64,000 nucleotides of DNA. Origin: a virus. The translations under genes were made by a program, and so were the position numbers. Positions within the stretch are counted from its first letter, which is position 1. Every line of letters starts with the position of its first letter. Under the pieces are notes generated by a model. The model was given only the letters and a program-made list of their open reading frames with translations. It had not been told where the DNA came from and made no database searches. This document shows positions 1 to 9,161 of the stretch, piece by piece. Location of the stretch: the IMG/VR virus record IMGVR_UViG_3300045972_000132, positions 1 to 64,000 of that record; one strand, 5' to 3'.

Positions 1-434
1 GGGTGGGTCCGTATTTGTCCGGGGGGTGGGGGGCAATTTGTCCGGGGGGTACCCTTGACCTGGGGATTTCTATACAGGTAGTCAAGCTTTTCAAAAAGCT
101 GCGAGAAGTCCCAATCAGTTGCGATGATACCCCCTCTCGCATCATACTTATTATTAGTTTGAAGCATCCTCTTTTCAATTAGGTTCGCCTTTGCCCTTCG
201 GATAGTTTTTTCGTCACAGCTCATCTGCTCGGACAGATAAATGTTTGTCACACAGGGACGGTCGTCAACATGAAACATAAAGCTGGTTATTTGAACAATA
301 ATATTTAGTTCAACGCAGCTAATTCCAAGACTTGCTTGATGTTTTAATAATATAGATGGATTGCATGCAAATCCACCCATTTTAGAAAAAAGGGACGCGA
401 GTGTCGTATTTTCGGACTTTACCAGCTTCATCAT
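1..434 (-). CDS. DnaD-like winged-helix replication initiator (partial, runs off window start)
   Basis: Not in ORF track. Manual translation from ATG 434 (SD GGAG upstream): MMKLVKSENTTLASLFSKMGGFACNPSILLKHQASLGISCVELNII...LSEQMSCDEKTIRRAKANLIEKRML...WDFSQLFEKL, resembling the DnaD N-terminal wHTH; followed by a Pro-rich repeat linker. Confidence 0.7.
   Translation of the reverse strand, partial: MMKLVKSENTTLASLFSKMGGFACNPSILLKHQASLGISCVELNIIVQITSFMFHVDDRPCVTNIYLSEQMSCDEKTIRRAKANLIEKRMLQTNNKYDARGGIIATDWDFSQLFEKLDYLYRNPQVKGTPRTNCPPPPGQIRTH
13..50. repeat. 15-bp direct repeat ATTTGTCCGGGGGGT x2 (iteron-like)
   Basis: Identical copies at 13-27 and 36-50 (23-bp period) inside the initiator linker. 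Confidence 0.6.
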
Positions 435-451
435 TTTTAATTCTCCATTCA

Positions 452-889
452 TTAGGGAATCCACGATACGTCTGGACCGGCCCAGTAGGGTACCTGATAA
501 CCAGATCCCGTCAAGCACGCATAAATTTCATCGATCTTCTGCACACTTACAGCACTAAGGCTGATACCAATTAGAGCCTTCTTCTCCACTTCGACCCTCG
601 CACAACCCTTACATATTAATTTGGAATGCCATCCACCAGGACCAAATAAAATCATAGCCTGATTAGCAAGCGTCTTGAAGCATTGGCATGTGTAGTTACT
701 GGTGGTGACGCTAGCACCAGCCTCAATAATTTCTCTATTTACGACTTCGACCGGTATTGTTAGGGAAGATGCGTGGACCAGGTTTGCATGTTTATTGCAA
801 CAGGACCCTATAGTGAACGTATCATTTCCAGCACTGACAATATCAAGTCCTCTTTTAGGCGGTCGGCGCTTAGTTGGCTTATCGTGCAT
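452..889 (-). CDS. hypothetical Cys-containing protein (start uncertain)
   Basis: Fills gap in minus-strand operon; CQC and CKGC motifs; 5' part overlaps the vWA gene. Confidence 0.45.
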   Translation of the reverse strand: MHDKPTKRRPPKRGLDIVSAGNDTFTIGSCCNKHANLVHASSLTIPVEVVNREIIEAGASVTTSNYTCQCFKTLANQAMILFGPGGWHSKLICKGCARVEVEKKALIGISLSAVSVQKIDEIYACLTGSGYQVPYWAGPDVSWIP

Positions 890-2409
890 ACACCCTCAAA
901 TGTTTTCTTCACCTTCTCAACGTCATCAGACGTTGGGATAATCGCTGCATGTACCACTATTCTTGAGTTCGTTAACTTTCGTATGTTGGCTCTCAGGTCT
1001 TCTATTACGATCTTCGGATCAACGTCCTTACCATCTAGATTCGTGAAGTTTGGACACCCGTCACTTAGAATCAAAAGTGCCCTTTTCTTAAAAGGCCCGC
1101 TCTTGAACTGAGTCCCCACGTAATCCACCGCCGAATGAAGCGGCGTACTGTGGAAAGAAGTGTTGGCAGCAATTCCAGATTTGTATTTCTCTATTAAAAG
1201 CTCTCCGCTGTTTCCAGAAGTGAACCCCAGCACAGATATATCAACTCCAGATTCTTTTGCCGCTGTTAATATCTCTTGTGCAGCCGAGTATGCGGTCTTG
1301 AAGGGGGTACCTATCATACTCCTAGACTTGTCGAGAAGCACTACTAGCTCAAAGCCCGCCTTCTTTGTCTCGGACAGAAATGGACTTTCCTGGGTAAATC
1401 CAAGTCTATTGCCTATGACTCTCTGAATATCTACCGTGACTCCAGAGTCGTCATACCTTCGGTTGGCTTTCTGTTTAACTGACCGAAAAATTTGTACCAA
1501 CCGAGGATCGGCTACAACCTCCTCCGGATCCCCCTCTGGATGCATTATTATGGTTTTATACCCAGTTAGGGCGGCGATTCCATTTTCCTTATTCGCTGAC
1601 TCCAAGCTATCGAAGGCTTCATCGACCGATTCCTTGTAAGCCTCTTCGATTTCCTCGTTTACTTGCTCATCAAAAGCATGACTCTCCATTAGTTTGGAAT
1701 CAGCAGAGTCAGCCGCCGAATCCATGCTTTTGGTAGGATATTCTAGATCATTATGTACTAAGTCCAGAACCTCAGACGCCAGCAGTTTCTGAACGTTTAC
1801 ATATACAGTGTTCTCGGCTATCCACTTGGATACGATTCGTTTAAATCGTCTAGTGGTTCCTAGAATGCTTCCGTGAGTAAACTCGTTGTCTGCATTCTCG
1901 TAGGCAGATATGACTTCATCACAGAAGACCTTATCGAGCACTACCGCCATGAGCCTATCCTGCACTCGTCCAGCACTACCTGGATATCTCAGGCCCCACT
2001 GGTGCAGCACTCTAGCGTCCTCGATAGATGCGATTAGCCTATAGAGGGCTACCGCAATTTGTTGATCCTTCAAGGGGATCTTCACAGTCTTGCTGGTCGA
2101 TAGCTTCTTGGAAACAACTCCTACAATTTTATGCAGGAATACTAGGTCTGTCTTGAATACTAGATGAGCTAAAACATGATCCAGCCGATCAAACAGCTTC
2201 TCGGTGGAATACTTGCCATTTAATTCGTCTGACTTCAAATAAATCGAATAGAAGTCCGTGTAGAGGGGTCTTGAATTCAGAACCTCCTCATCGTCATCAG
2301 AACGCAAAGAAATTCCGATAGGCTTACCAATAGCCTCGGAATATAGATTTATGGTTTTGAATACAACTTCACCATAGCCAGTAGGCTTGATGAATTTTGT
2401 ATTTCCCAC
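808..2409 (-). CDS. vWA-domain protein (CobT/NorD-like partner of MoxR ATPase)
   Basis: MIDAS LLDKSRSM, STPL and LSDG motifs, N-terminal IEDARV; translationally coupled to AAA gene. Confidence 0.85.
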   Translation of the reverse strand: MGNTKFIKPTGYGEVVFKTINLYSEAIGKPIGISLRSDDDEEVLNSRPLYTDFYSIYLKSDELNGKYSTEKLFDRLDHVLAHLVFKTDLVFLHKIVGVVSKKLSTSKTVKIPLKDQQIAVALYRLIASIEDARVLHQWGLRYPGSAGRVQDRLMAVVLDKVFCDEVISAYENADNEFTHGSILGTTRRFKRIVSKWIAENTVYVNVQKLLASEVLDLVHNDLEYPTKSMDSAADSADSKLMESHAFDEQVNEEIEEAYKESVDEAFDSLESANKENGIAALTGYKTIIMHPEGDPEEVVADPRLVQIFRSVKQKANRRYDDSGVTVDIQRVIGNRLGFTQESPFLSETKKAGFELVVLLDKSRSMIGTPFKTAYSAAQEILTAAKESGVDISVLGFTSGNSGELLIEKYKSGIAANTSFHSTPLHSAVDYVGTQFKSGPFKKRALLILSDGCPNFTNLDGKDVDPKIVIEDLRANIRKLTNSRIVVHAAIIPTSDDVEKVKKTFEGVCTISQLSADRLKEDLILSVLEMIRSL

Positions 2410-3251
2410 TAAGCCCCCTTAAATCGCGCCGAACACCTAGTCATAAACAGGGTTCTATCGTTCTCCGATTCGAATTTTCCAGAAATCAAGCTGATTGACT
2501 CCTTGAGTCCAAGCATCGGGTAGATCTCTACCCACTGGCAAAGGTCTCTAGTGCTTAACTTATATTGGAGTGCATTGCCATTCCTAAGGTCGGATGAAAC
2601 CACTAGAATTCCTTCAAGGAATGCCTTCTCAGCAGTCGGGTAAAGAGTCTTCAGAATGTGCATTTCTTCTTTATCAGAGGGATACGATACTTCCTTAAAT
2701 AGGAAGCGGCTCTTAAAGTCTTCATTAAGGGAGTACACGCCACCATATGCAGAGCTATTCATGGTTCCAGTTACCCATAGCTTGCACCCCGGCTTCAGCT
2801 TAAAGATTCTCTTGCACTCAGGGACACTGATAGCCCTTCGGAAGTCACTAATTCCGTTGAGCATCTTCTGGATTTGAGGAGGTAGAGCATTCACTTCTTC
2901 CAAGCATAGGATCGCTGTTCCGGTTTCATTAGCTACCTCGATAGCGTTCGTCAGGTCCCCTAGGACGAATGGAGTCAGGTTTCCCTCAATGATGAAAGTT
3001 CCTGTGAGGGTGGACCGACGAGTATCTTCCGAGCACTCTGAGACAATCAAAGGTATCTTGTTATCCTTGGCAAAAGACTGAATCGAGAGCGTCTTGGAGA
3101 CACCCTTTGGCCCATGAAGAATCAAGTTCTTCGGCACAGCCTCGGATAAAATTTTGCCAAACAGCTTATGGAGATCCCGCGTGTCTACAAACTTTGGTGT
3201 GTCGTGAACCAGAAAGGCTTCGCTAGGTAGTGCTCGCACTTCGACAGTCAT
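2409..3251 (-). CDS. MoxR/CbbQ/NorQ/CobS-family AAA+ ATPase
   Basis: Walker A GPKGVSKT, Walker B LCLEEVN, GTMN, SRF arginine finger, STRDL sensor II. Confidence 0.9.
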   Translation of the reverse strand: MTVEVRALPSEAFLVHDTPKFVDTRDLHKLFGKILSEAVPKNLILHGPKGVSKTLSIQSFAKDNKIPLIVSECSEDTRRSTLTGTFIIEGNLTPFVLGDLTNAIEVANETGTAILCLEEVNALPPQIQKMLNGISDFRRAISVPECKRIFKLKPGCKLWVTGTMNSSAYGGVYSLNEDFKSRFLFKEVSYPSDKEEMHILKTLYPTAEKAFLEGILVVSSDLRNGNALQYKLSTRDLCQWVEIYPMLGLKESISLISGKFESENDRTLFMTRCSARFKGA

Positions 3252-3715
3252 TATGTCTCCTCAATCAAATCCTTTAACGCACCAAGTGGTTTTACTCGCA
3301 ATGTCTTCTTTTCAACCCTAATGGCATCTACTTCTGCGCTGGTAAGCTTTCCAGTTTTTACTAGGAAGTCTATTTTGGAAGGGCTTGGAGTAGTCTTTAC
3401 CGTTACATCCATACCAGATTCAATAGGAATTCCCTTTTCAATCAACAAGCTTCTGAACAACTCCGCATTAGGGGCGTTGTCTTTGGAGCTAGTCAGAGAA
3501 ATATTTACTAAATTGGTCTGAACCTGACCACTTTTTACTTCATCAATGATCAGGTCACGAAGGGCTTCTTGGCGAGACTTCACCCTGGACTGTACACGAG
3601 ACAGAGCCGCCCGTACAAGGCTTTTCTCAGCTAGGTCCATGTCATCTATAGGATAGGCAAATAAATAGTTACCAAATACATCCTCTAGATATGCAAGAAG
3701 CTCATCGGATTCCAT
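3251..3715 (-). CDS. hypothetical protein
   Basis: 154-aa ORF coupled to neighbours. Confidence 0.7.
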   Translation of the reverse strand: MESDELLAYLEDVFGNYLFAYPIDDMDLAEKSLVRAALSRVQSRVKSRQEALRDLIIDEVKSGQVQTNLVNISLTSSKDNAPNAELFRSLLIEKGIPIESGMDVTVKTTPSPSKIDFLVKTGKLTSAEVDAIRVEKKTLRVKPLGALKDLIEET

Positions 3716-3716
3716 T

Positions 3717-4004
3717 CTACTTGGCCTTCCGGGGGTCGATGATCTCGATTACCATTCTGCGGCCCCTCGCGGAGGCAATTTTTGAGAATAGCTCCCTAAG
3801 GGTCTTGAGCGTACTTCCCTGCTTGCCGAGAATCTTGGAAACATCGGATGGATCCGTCTTTATGGTGAGAAGGCTGGTTGGCGTATCAGCCCCGTTCTCG
3901 GTTACTTCGACATCATCTGGATTGTCTACTAGACCAATGCAGACCTCTTGAAGAAGTTCCTGTAGGGGCAGCGGCTCAATTGATTCACTTGATTTCTCGT
4001 TCAT
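3717..4004 (-). CDS. khpA: KH-domain RNA-binding protein, KhpA/YlqC (UPF0109) family
   Basis: LVDNPDDVEV...DVSKILGKQGSTL with GxxG loop, C-terminal RMVIEII; size typical of KhpA. Confidence 0.85.
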   Translation of the reverse strand: MNEKSSESIEPLPLQELLQEVCIGLVDNPDDVEVTENGADTPTSLLTIKTDPSDVSKILGKQGSTLKTLRELFSKIASARGRRMVIEIIDPRKAK

Positions 4005-4230
4005 TTTTCTTTACTCCCAATTGCTTCAGTTTTAGTTTTACTTGTGTTGCCTTAGTTAGCATGTCGCAGAAAAAATTATGTGGACATTCTGCACAAGCGT
4101 TGTTAAGCATCTCTTGACACTTATTCACCTTTAAGATGATGAGTCTATCATTAAAGGTTTCTGTATCCTTGATGAACCCCTCGGCTTCTGCTTGAGCGAT
4201 CAGAGCTTCAATTTGACTATTTACGCTCAT
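3985..4230 (-). CDS. hypothetical protein (CxxC-containing)
   Basis: 81-aa ORF in operon; CAECPHNFFC. Confidence 0.6.
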   Translation of the reverse strand: MSVNSQIEALIAQAEAEGFIKDTETFNDRLIILKVNKCQEMLNNACAECPHNFFCDMLTKATQVKLKLKQLGVKKNEREIK

Positions 4231-4771
4231 ATGGATATCCGTGATGGCCTGTCGGTATTAAGACGAAATCCTGACTACTAGTGACTGACATTGTAGATGA
4301 GCTAAATCCTTGAAACTGTGGGGCTTCGGTTAAAGTCATGGAGGGTGGGTAGACAGTTGTCTGTGTATTTATCATAGGATCTGGACTAGACACTTCATGT
4401 ACTTTCCAGAACCCCGCTATGCGCTCAGTTTCTGATGGCGACACATATTTATGATCAGAGGGATTTTGTAGAATAAGACCCTTTGTATATGCCTCCTTCA
4501 GCTTCTTCTCGGCTTCAAGTCGGTCGTGAACCCTTAGTAGATTTAGATATCCCGCTAGATCAGCCAGAGTATCTTCGTCAGGGCCTTCGGTTCCTGATGT
4601 CTTGATTCGACTCAGCTTGTCATCAATTCGTACAAGAAGCTGCTCCCGAGTACTTGCTTTTGAAAAAATACGAATTGGTTCTAGGGCAGAATTTCCGTAC
4701 TTTTTATTTTTAGCTAGAAGTAGTTCCTTAGTCTCATCACAAACTTTTACAATCATTTCCTGAACACCCAT
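4217..4771 (-). CDS. nucleotide-modification-associated (DUF1599/Nmad1-like, MazG-fold) protein
   Basis: KNKKYGNS...VRIDDKLSRI...EDTLADLAGY signature. Confidence 0.7.
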   Translation of the reverse strand: MGVQEMIVKVCDETKELLLAKNKKYGNSALEPIRIFSKASTREQLLVRIDDKLSRIKTSGTEGPDEDTLADLAGYLNLLRVHDRLEAEKKLKEAYTKGLILQNPSDHKYVSPSETERIAGFWKVHEVSSPDPMINTQTTVYPPSMTLTEAPQFQGFSSSTMSVTSSQDFVLIPTGHHGYPYERK

Positions 4772-4803
4772 TGCGTTCTCCTTTTATCGTAAATTTCCCA
4801 TGT

Positions 4804-4864
4804 ATCATAAGCCACTAGACCTATTCAGGTCAAGCCTTGACATCAAAACTGGCGTACTTATATT
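4804..4864. promoter_or_regulatory. divergent sigma70-type promoters
   Basis: Minus strand TTGACC (4833-4828)-N18-TATGAT; plus strand TTGACA (4837)-N16-TATATT. Confidence 0.6.
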
Positions 4865-4899
4865 ACATGCAGAAGTTAAACAATCAACCGGAGCAACCC

Positions 4900-5247
4900 A
4901 TGTTACCCATCCTACAAAATGAAGGATTTCTTTTTGATACTGTTTTTGATTACATCAGCGGCTTAAACGCAACCAGAGTGGGCGATAAAAGCCTAGAACT
5001 TGTAGTGCCAGGATATAAAATTGATAAAGTAGAACTAGATGGTAGGGTTCTACGGGTCGGAGGCAAGCTAGAATCCGCATTGAAGGATTCTGGTAGAAAG
5101 GCGACTTTTGAATGGTCTACTAAGCTATGGTTCACTCCGAACCCTGACGCGGTAACCGCTGAATCTGCAAGCGGAGTTTTACTAATTCATCTAGAGGGTT
5201 TCGAGACCCAAAAGAAGCCAAAACAAGTACAAGTAAAGATTAGCTAG
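4900..5247 (+). CDS. Hsp20/alpha-crystallin small heat-shock protein
   Basis: LELVVPG...VELDGRVLRVGG...VTAESASGVLLIHL and C-terminal VQV motif; GGAG SD before ATG 4900. Confidence 0.75.
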   Translation: MLPILQNEGFLFDTVFDYISGLNATRVGDKSLELVVPGYKIDKVELDGRVLRVGGKLESALKDSGRKATFEWSTKLWFTPNPDAVTAESASGVLLIHLEGFETQKKPKQVQVKIS

Positions 5248-5530
5248 TACGACGCCAGAGAGTTAAATCAAGTGTGTTAACGGTGTCCTTTAGGTCGGAG
5301 TAAGTCGGCCTAAAGGACTCGTTAGCTAGTCGCACCATCCAAGGTTCGTCTTTGATTGATGCAGACAACTGATATAATCGGTCACGTACTTTTCGGATAG
5401 TATCTTCAAGCTCTACTACTCTATCAATCGACTTTATGCAGTCCGAGCAGGACCAAAGCTTTACTACTCCAGTAGAGTAGACACACCCTTTTGACAAATC
5501 TTTGTCATTTTGACATACGTGGCAGATCAT
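5240..5530 (-). CDS. hypothetical zinc-finger protein
   Basis: CHVC...CSDC; overlaps the CCA gene stop. Confidence 0.6.
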   Translation of the reverse strand: MICHVCQNDKDLSKGCVYSTGVVKLWSCSDCIKSIDRVVELEDTIRKVRDRLYQLSASIKDEPWMVRLANESFRPTYSDLKDTVNTLDLTLWRRTS

Positions 5531-6882
5531 TTAGTTCCCTTGTAGTTTAGTTTTATGTAGCCCAACAGGGCCTCCTTCTCGTTCGGTACTTCACCGTCCA
5601 CTACGGCTGCGGTAGCCATGGTCTTAATGGCTCCAATTTCTTTTCCAGTAACTCCGAATTCCGCAGAAATAGTGTGGCCGTCCAGCGCCAGCTTAGAAGT
5701 ATTGAATCCAGAAACTTCCTTGAAGGATGCCAGTTTGGCACGGATTCCGTCCATTACCTCCCTAGCATGTTCCCCGTCCTTGTGAGCATAATAATCTGCT
5801 TCCCGAAGATCGACTGCTTCTCCGGTATACTCACCCAACCGAGCACTAAATCTACGCAGAGCCTTAGTACCAAAATCTTCACCGGGGCACAGATGCTCCG
5901 TTACCATGGTGGAAATTTTCTTGACGGTTTCCTCTGCGGCCTTCAGGCCGCGCAAAATTTCTGCGGCCATCTTCCCACCAACCTCGTCATGCTTGTAATA
6001 ATGGTGAACCCCATCATCCCCGACGCTCATCGTCGCAGGCTTTGCAATATCGTGCAGCAACGCAGCTAGCCTGACATCGACCGAGAAGCCTCTCTCAACC
6101 GCGTAAGATACCGCCAGAAATACATGCTCATCCAGCGTCAGGTAGTGATGGGGATTAACTTGGTCATAGCGGACGCTCTTGGCAAATTCAGGGATGATTT
6201 CCTGAATCTTCCCAGAAACCACCATCATCCTCAGAGCGTACAGGATATCAGCCGACTCCTTAGCTGACAGCATCTTAATCAGTTCCGCATATACCCGTTC
6301 ACGGGCTACAGACTCCAAGCTGACGCCGAACATGGCTACCACAGCCAGAGGGTCAATCCACATCCGCTTAGTTGCGGCGAATCTAAACGCCCTCAGAATT
6401 CGCAGAGGATCCTCTTCAAACCGGTCCTTGGCAACCCCTACAGTTCTCAGGCAGGAGTCCGCAATATCACTACGACCATTAAATGGATCGATGTACTTGC
6501 CTGTCAGCAGTTCACATGCAATCGCGTTGCATGTAAAGTCACGACGGGCCAAGTCTTCTTCGATTTTAATGGACGGGTCCGTTAGGATTTCAAAATCTTT
6601 ATGACCAACCCCTGTGGATCTTTCGAATCTGGGCAAAGCAACGTCAACAATATCACCCTCAAACTCAGCTTTAATTATTCCAAATGACTGCCCCACGAGG
6701 TCGAACTTCCCCGGCAGAATCCTCATTACTTCCTTCATGGGGACACCACAAACTACGATGTCGAGATCGTCGGATTTAATTCCTAGAATACGGTCACGGA
6801 CAGAACCGCCTACTTCATAGACGGTCCCACCCATTTCCGCGATTTCAATTGCAAACTTTAGTACGGCCTTGTTTTTGGTCAC
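5527..6882 (-). CDS. cca: CCA tRNA nucleotidyltransferase (class II) with HD domain
   Basis: VGGSVRD, DLD, EDLARRDFTCNAIA, EDPLRILRAFRF, ERVYAEL, LLHDIAKP. Confidence 0.92.
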   Translation of the reverse strand: MTKNKAVLKFAIEIAEMGGTVYEVGGSVRDRILGIKSDDLDIVVCGVPMKEVMRILPGKFDLVGQSFGIIKAEFEGDIVDVALPRFERSTGVGHKDFEILTDPSIKIEEDLARRDFTCNAIACELLTGKYIDPFNGRSDIADSCLRTVGVAKDRFEEDPLRILRAFRFAATKRMWIDPLAVVAMFGVSLESVARERVYAELIKMLSAKESADILYALRMMVVSGKIQEIIPEFAKSVRYDQVNPHHYLTLDEHVFLAVSYAVERGFSVDVRLAALLHDIAKPATMSVGDDGVHHYYKHDEVGGKMAAEILRGLKAAEETVKKISTMVTEHLCPGEDFGTKALRRFSARLGEYTGEAVDLREADYYAHKDGEHAREVMDGIRAKLASFKEVSGFNTSKLALDGHTISAEFGVTGKEIGAIKTMATAAVVDGEVPNEKEALLGYIKLNYKGTK

Positions 6883-7952
6883 GTTTCTCTCCCATTCATT
6901 TTACTGATCACTAGGGTACAAAGCGTATCCAGAAACTCCATGTCAACGCTTGCCGGAAGCTTAGTCGTCTTCACAGCTTGTGTAACCTTATAGTCGAGAT
7001 CATCCGCCAGCGCAATGATTTCCTCATACGAATAACGACCATTGCGGATCTCAAGAAGTTCCTTTGCATCTGGACGCTTTACTTGCAAAGTTCCTGTCTC
7101 TAGAATTTCGACACACATTTTCATGAGTCGAACTAGATGCATTGCGTGCTTGGTATCATACCCAGAGCGAGCTTCAAGCTCAGAACGAACCTTGTTTCGG
7201 TTCTTCTTCCAATCCTCATATGAGGCAAATTCCTTCAACGCAGCCTTGAAGGCTCGCTCTTTCCTGAGAATATCAATTAAGGAAGAGTCCATTCCAACGC
7301 ACTTGGCGGCGGCTACCTCTAGATCCTGAGAAGCAGCCTCGCTCAATGCGGCGCGGAATTTTAACTTTACCGAGAGTCTATCTGCATCCGACAGGCTCTC
7401 TAGATCTGGGTCCCACTCCTTGATTTTATCTTCCACAAGCGCAAACATTGCGTCCCTTTGATCCTTAGGAATCAAGGGTACTTCGGCTAGGCCAAATTCA
7501 GCCCTAGTGGGATGACTTGTAGGTGGACTCTTCAGCCATTTATAGTGACCCTTAAGTCTTGCAAGCTGAGATCTAGCATAACCAGTAAAGGTGTGCTGGA
7601 CTTTCTTGCTAAGAAATCGCTGTCGGTTATCTAAGATCAACATGAACGCTGGATGACAGTCTAAATAGTCCGACTTGTCTAGGAACATTAGCTCCAGAAC
7701 GTTCGGGTTGGCACCGGAGGCCAGCCGGAAGTACTTCCTGATATCATACATAACAACATCATATGGCTTAGAGCACTGATAATCCTCAGTAACCCCGGCA
7801 AATGACAAATATCTACTTGTAGGTTGAACGAAAATGCCTCTAAAATCTTCATCAGAAGATTCGATGTTGGTCCCGTATGAGTGAGAGCCGCCTCTCCCAA
7901 GCGCAAGAACTCTCCCCGGACTTTTGATTTCATCTAGAATTTTAGAGGTCAT
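6879..7952 (-). CDS. RlaP/YcgL-type (Pol-beta family) nucleotidyltransferase
   Basis: GGSHSYGTNIESSDEDFRGIF, NPNVLE, GYDTKHAMHLVRL, LLEIRNG. Confidence 0.85.
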   Translation of the reverse strand: MTSKILDEIKSPGRVLALGRGGSHSYGTNIESSDEDFRGIFVQPTSRYLSFAGVTEDYQCSKPYDVVMYDIRKYFRLASGANPNVLELMFLDKSDYLDCHPAFMLILDNRQRFLSKKVQHTFTGYARSQLARLKGHYKWLKSPPTSHPTRAEFGLAEVPLIPKDQRDAMFALVEDKIKEWDPDLESLSDADRLSVKLKFRAALSEAASQDLEVAAAKCVGMDSSLIDILRKERAFKAALKEFASYEDWKKNRNKVRSELEARSGYDTKHAMHLVRLMKMCVEILETGTLQVKRPDAKELLEIRNGRYSYEEIIALADDLDYKVTQAVKTTKLPASVDMEFLDTLCTLVISKMNGRET

Positions 7953-7968
7953 TTTGTTGATCGCTTTC

Positions 7969-8175
7969 TTAAAGTGCGTGATGACTCAAATAGCAAGCAC
8001 CAGCACCACAGTAATTAACCCTGCATGGTTTACCGATATTACTTACGGTTCTGCACTCTACCGCACATGGTTTTCCACAGACAGGACAAAACAGGGATCC
8101 GTGAGTTTTACAAAACCTATCAACGGCCTGTTCCTTGCATTTCCCGTCTACCTTAATAAACTCACATTCACTCAT
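7969..8175 (-). CDS. small Cys/His-rich hypothetical protein
   Basis: Likely start MSECEF at 8175; many Cys residues. Confidence 0.55.
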   Translation of the reverse strand: MSECEFIKVDGKCKEQAVDRFCKTHGSLFCPVCGKPCAVECRTVSNIGKPCRVNYCGAGACYLSHHAL

Positions 8176-8428
8176 TGGTAGGGTTTTCCTTGCGGTAATC
8201 GAATTCCAACTTAGCCAGACGCGCAGCCTCACCACGGTCTAGGATCACCTGAACCGTAATCCCGATGTGCTCCCGGTTTCCAGTACCGCGATCTACCCAC
8301 TTGAACTTCTTTCCTGAATACTTCTTCAGGTTTGCTAACTGCTCATCTGCCGACCAACGGTTGTCCCACTTGAACGACGTTCCGGCAGTATCACGATTGG
8401 TTTCGAAAAGCACAATAGTTTCACTCAT
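8168..8428 (-). CDS. hypothetical protein
   Basis: AGGAG SD before ATG 8428 (MSETIVLF). Confidence 0.65.
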   Translation of the reverse strand: MSETIVLFETNRDTAGTSFKWDNRWSADEQLANLKKYSGKKFKWVDRGTGNREHIGITVQVILDRGEAARLAKLEFDYRKENPTNE

Positions 8429-8456
8429 TTTTCGCTCCTTGGTTAAGGTTTCCGTG

Positions 8457-8514
8457 AATCTACCCCAGCTTGACTCAGTAGTCAATGGATTTCTAATCCT
8501 GCTTGCGCTATACT
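8457..8514. promoter_or_regulatory. divergent promoters
   Basis: Minus strand TTGACT (8485-8480)-N17-TAGATT; plus strand TATACT at 8509-8514, 7 nt before ATG 8522 (leaderless geometry). Confidence 0.6.
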
Positions 8515-8521
8515 GCCACTC

Positions 8522-9076
8522 ATGAACAATAAAGAACAGATCTATGTGTCGTGCGACGTAGAGACCAACGGACCAATTCCCGGCGAGTTCTCGATGCTTT
8601 CCTTTGGTGCCGCAGCCTTTTCCGAATCTGGGCAGCTAGTAGGCACCTTTGAAAGAAACCTAGAGACTCTCCCCGGTGCTGGAGAAAATCCAGATACCAT
8701 GGCTTGGTGGCAAACTCAAGCTAAGGCTTGGGAAGAATGTCGTAAGGACCCTCAGGACCCTAAGAAGGCTATGGAAGAATTTTCAAAATGGGTAAAGTCC
8801 TTCAATAAAACCCCTATCTTTGTAGCCTTCCCAGCAGGATTTGATTTTACATTCCTATACTGGTATTTAATTAAATTTACTGGTTACAGTCCCTTCTCCT
8901 TCTCGGCCCTAGACATTAAATCATACGCTGCCGCCAAACTTGGAGTAGACTATAAGTCTGTAAACAAGAAGCTTTTAAAAAAGCACTGGCCGGTAGTAAC
9001 AGTACATTCCCATGTGGCCCTTGAGGACGCAATCGAGCAGGGTCAAATCGCGGTTCAGATGCTAGGATTAAAATAA
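8522..9076 (+). CDS. DEDDh 3'-5' exoribonuclease (Rv2179c/RNase AS-like)
   Basis: SCDVETNGPIPG, PAGFDF, HVALEDA. Confidence 0.85.
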   Translation: MNNKEQIYVSCDVETNGPIPGEFSMLSFGAAAFSESGQLVGTFERNLETLPGAGENPDTMAWWQTQAKAWEECRKDPQDPKKAMEEFSKWVKSFNKTPIFVAFPAGFDFTFLYWYLIKFTGYSPFSFSALDIKSYAAAKLGVDYKSVNKKLLKKHWPVVTVHSHVALEDAIEQGQIAVQMLGLK

Positions 9077-9161
9077 TGTTGTATAGTTAGGTTGCTAACC
9101 GCGCGATTATGCTATAATTTCAACTATTCTTAAGTTTGTTTCCCCTAAGGAGCTTAAACAC

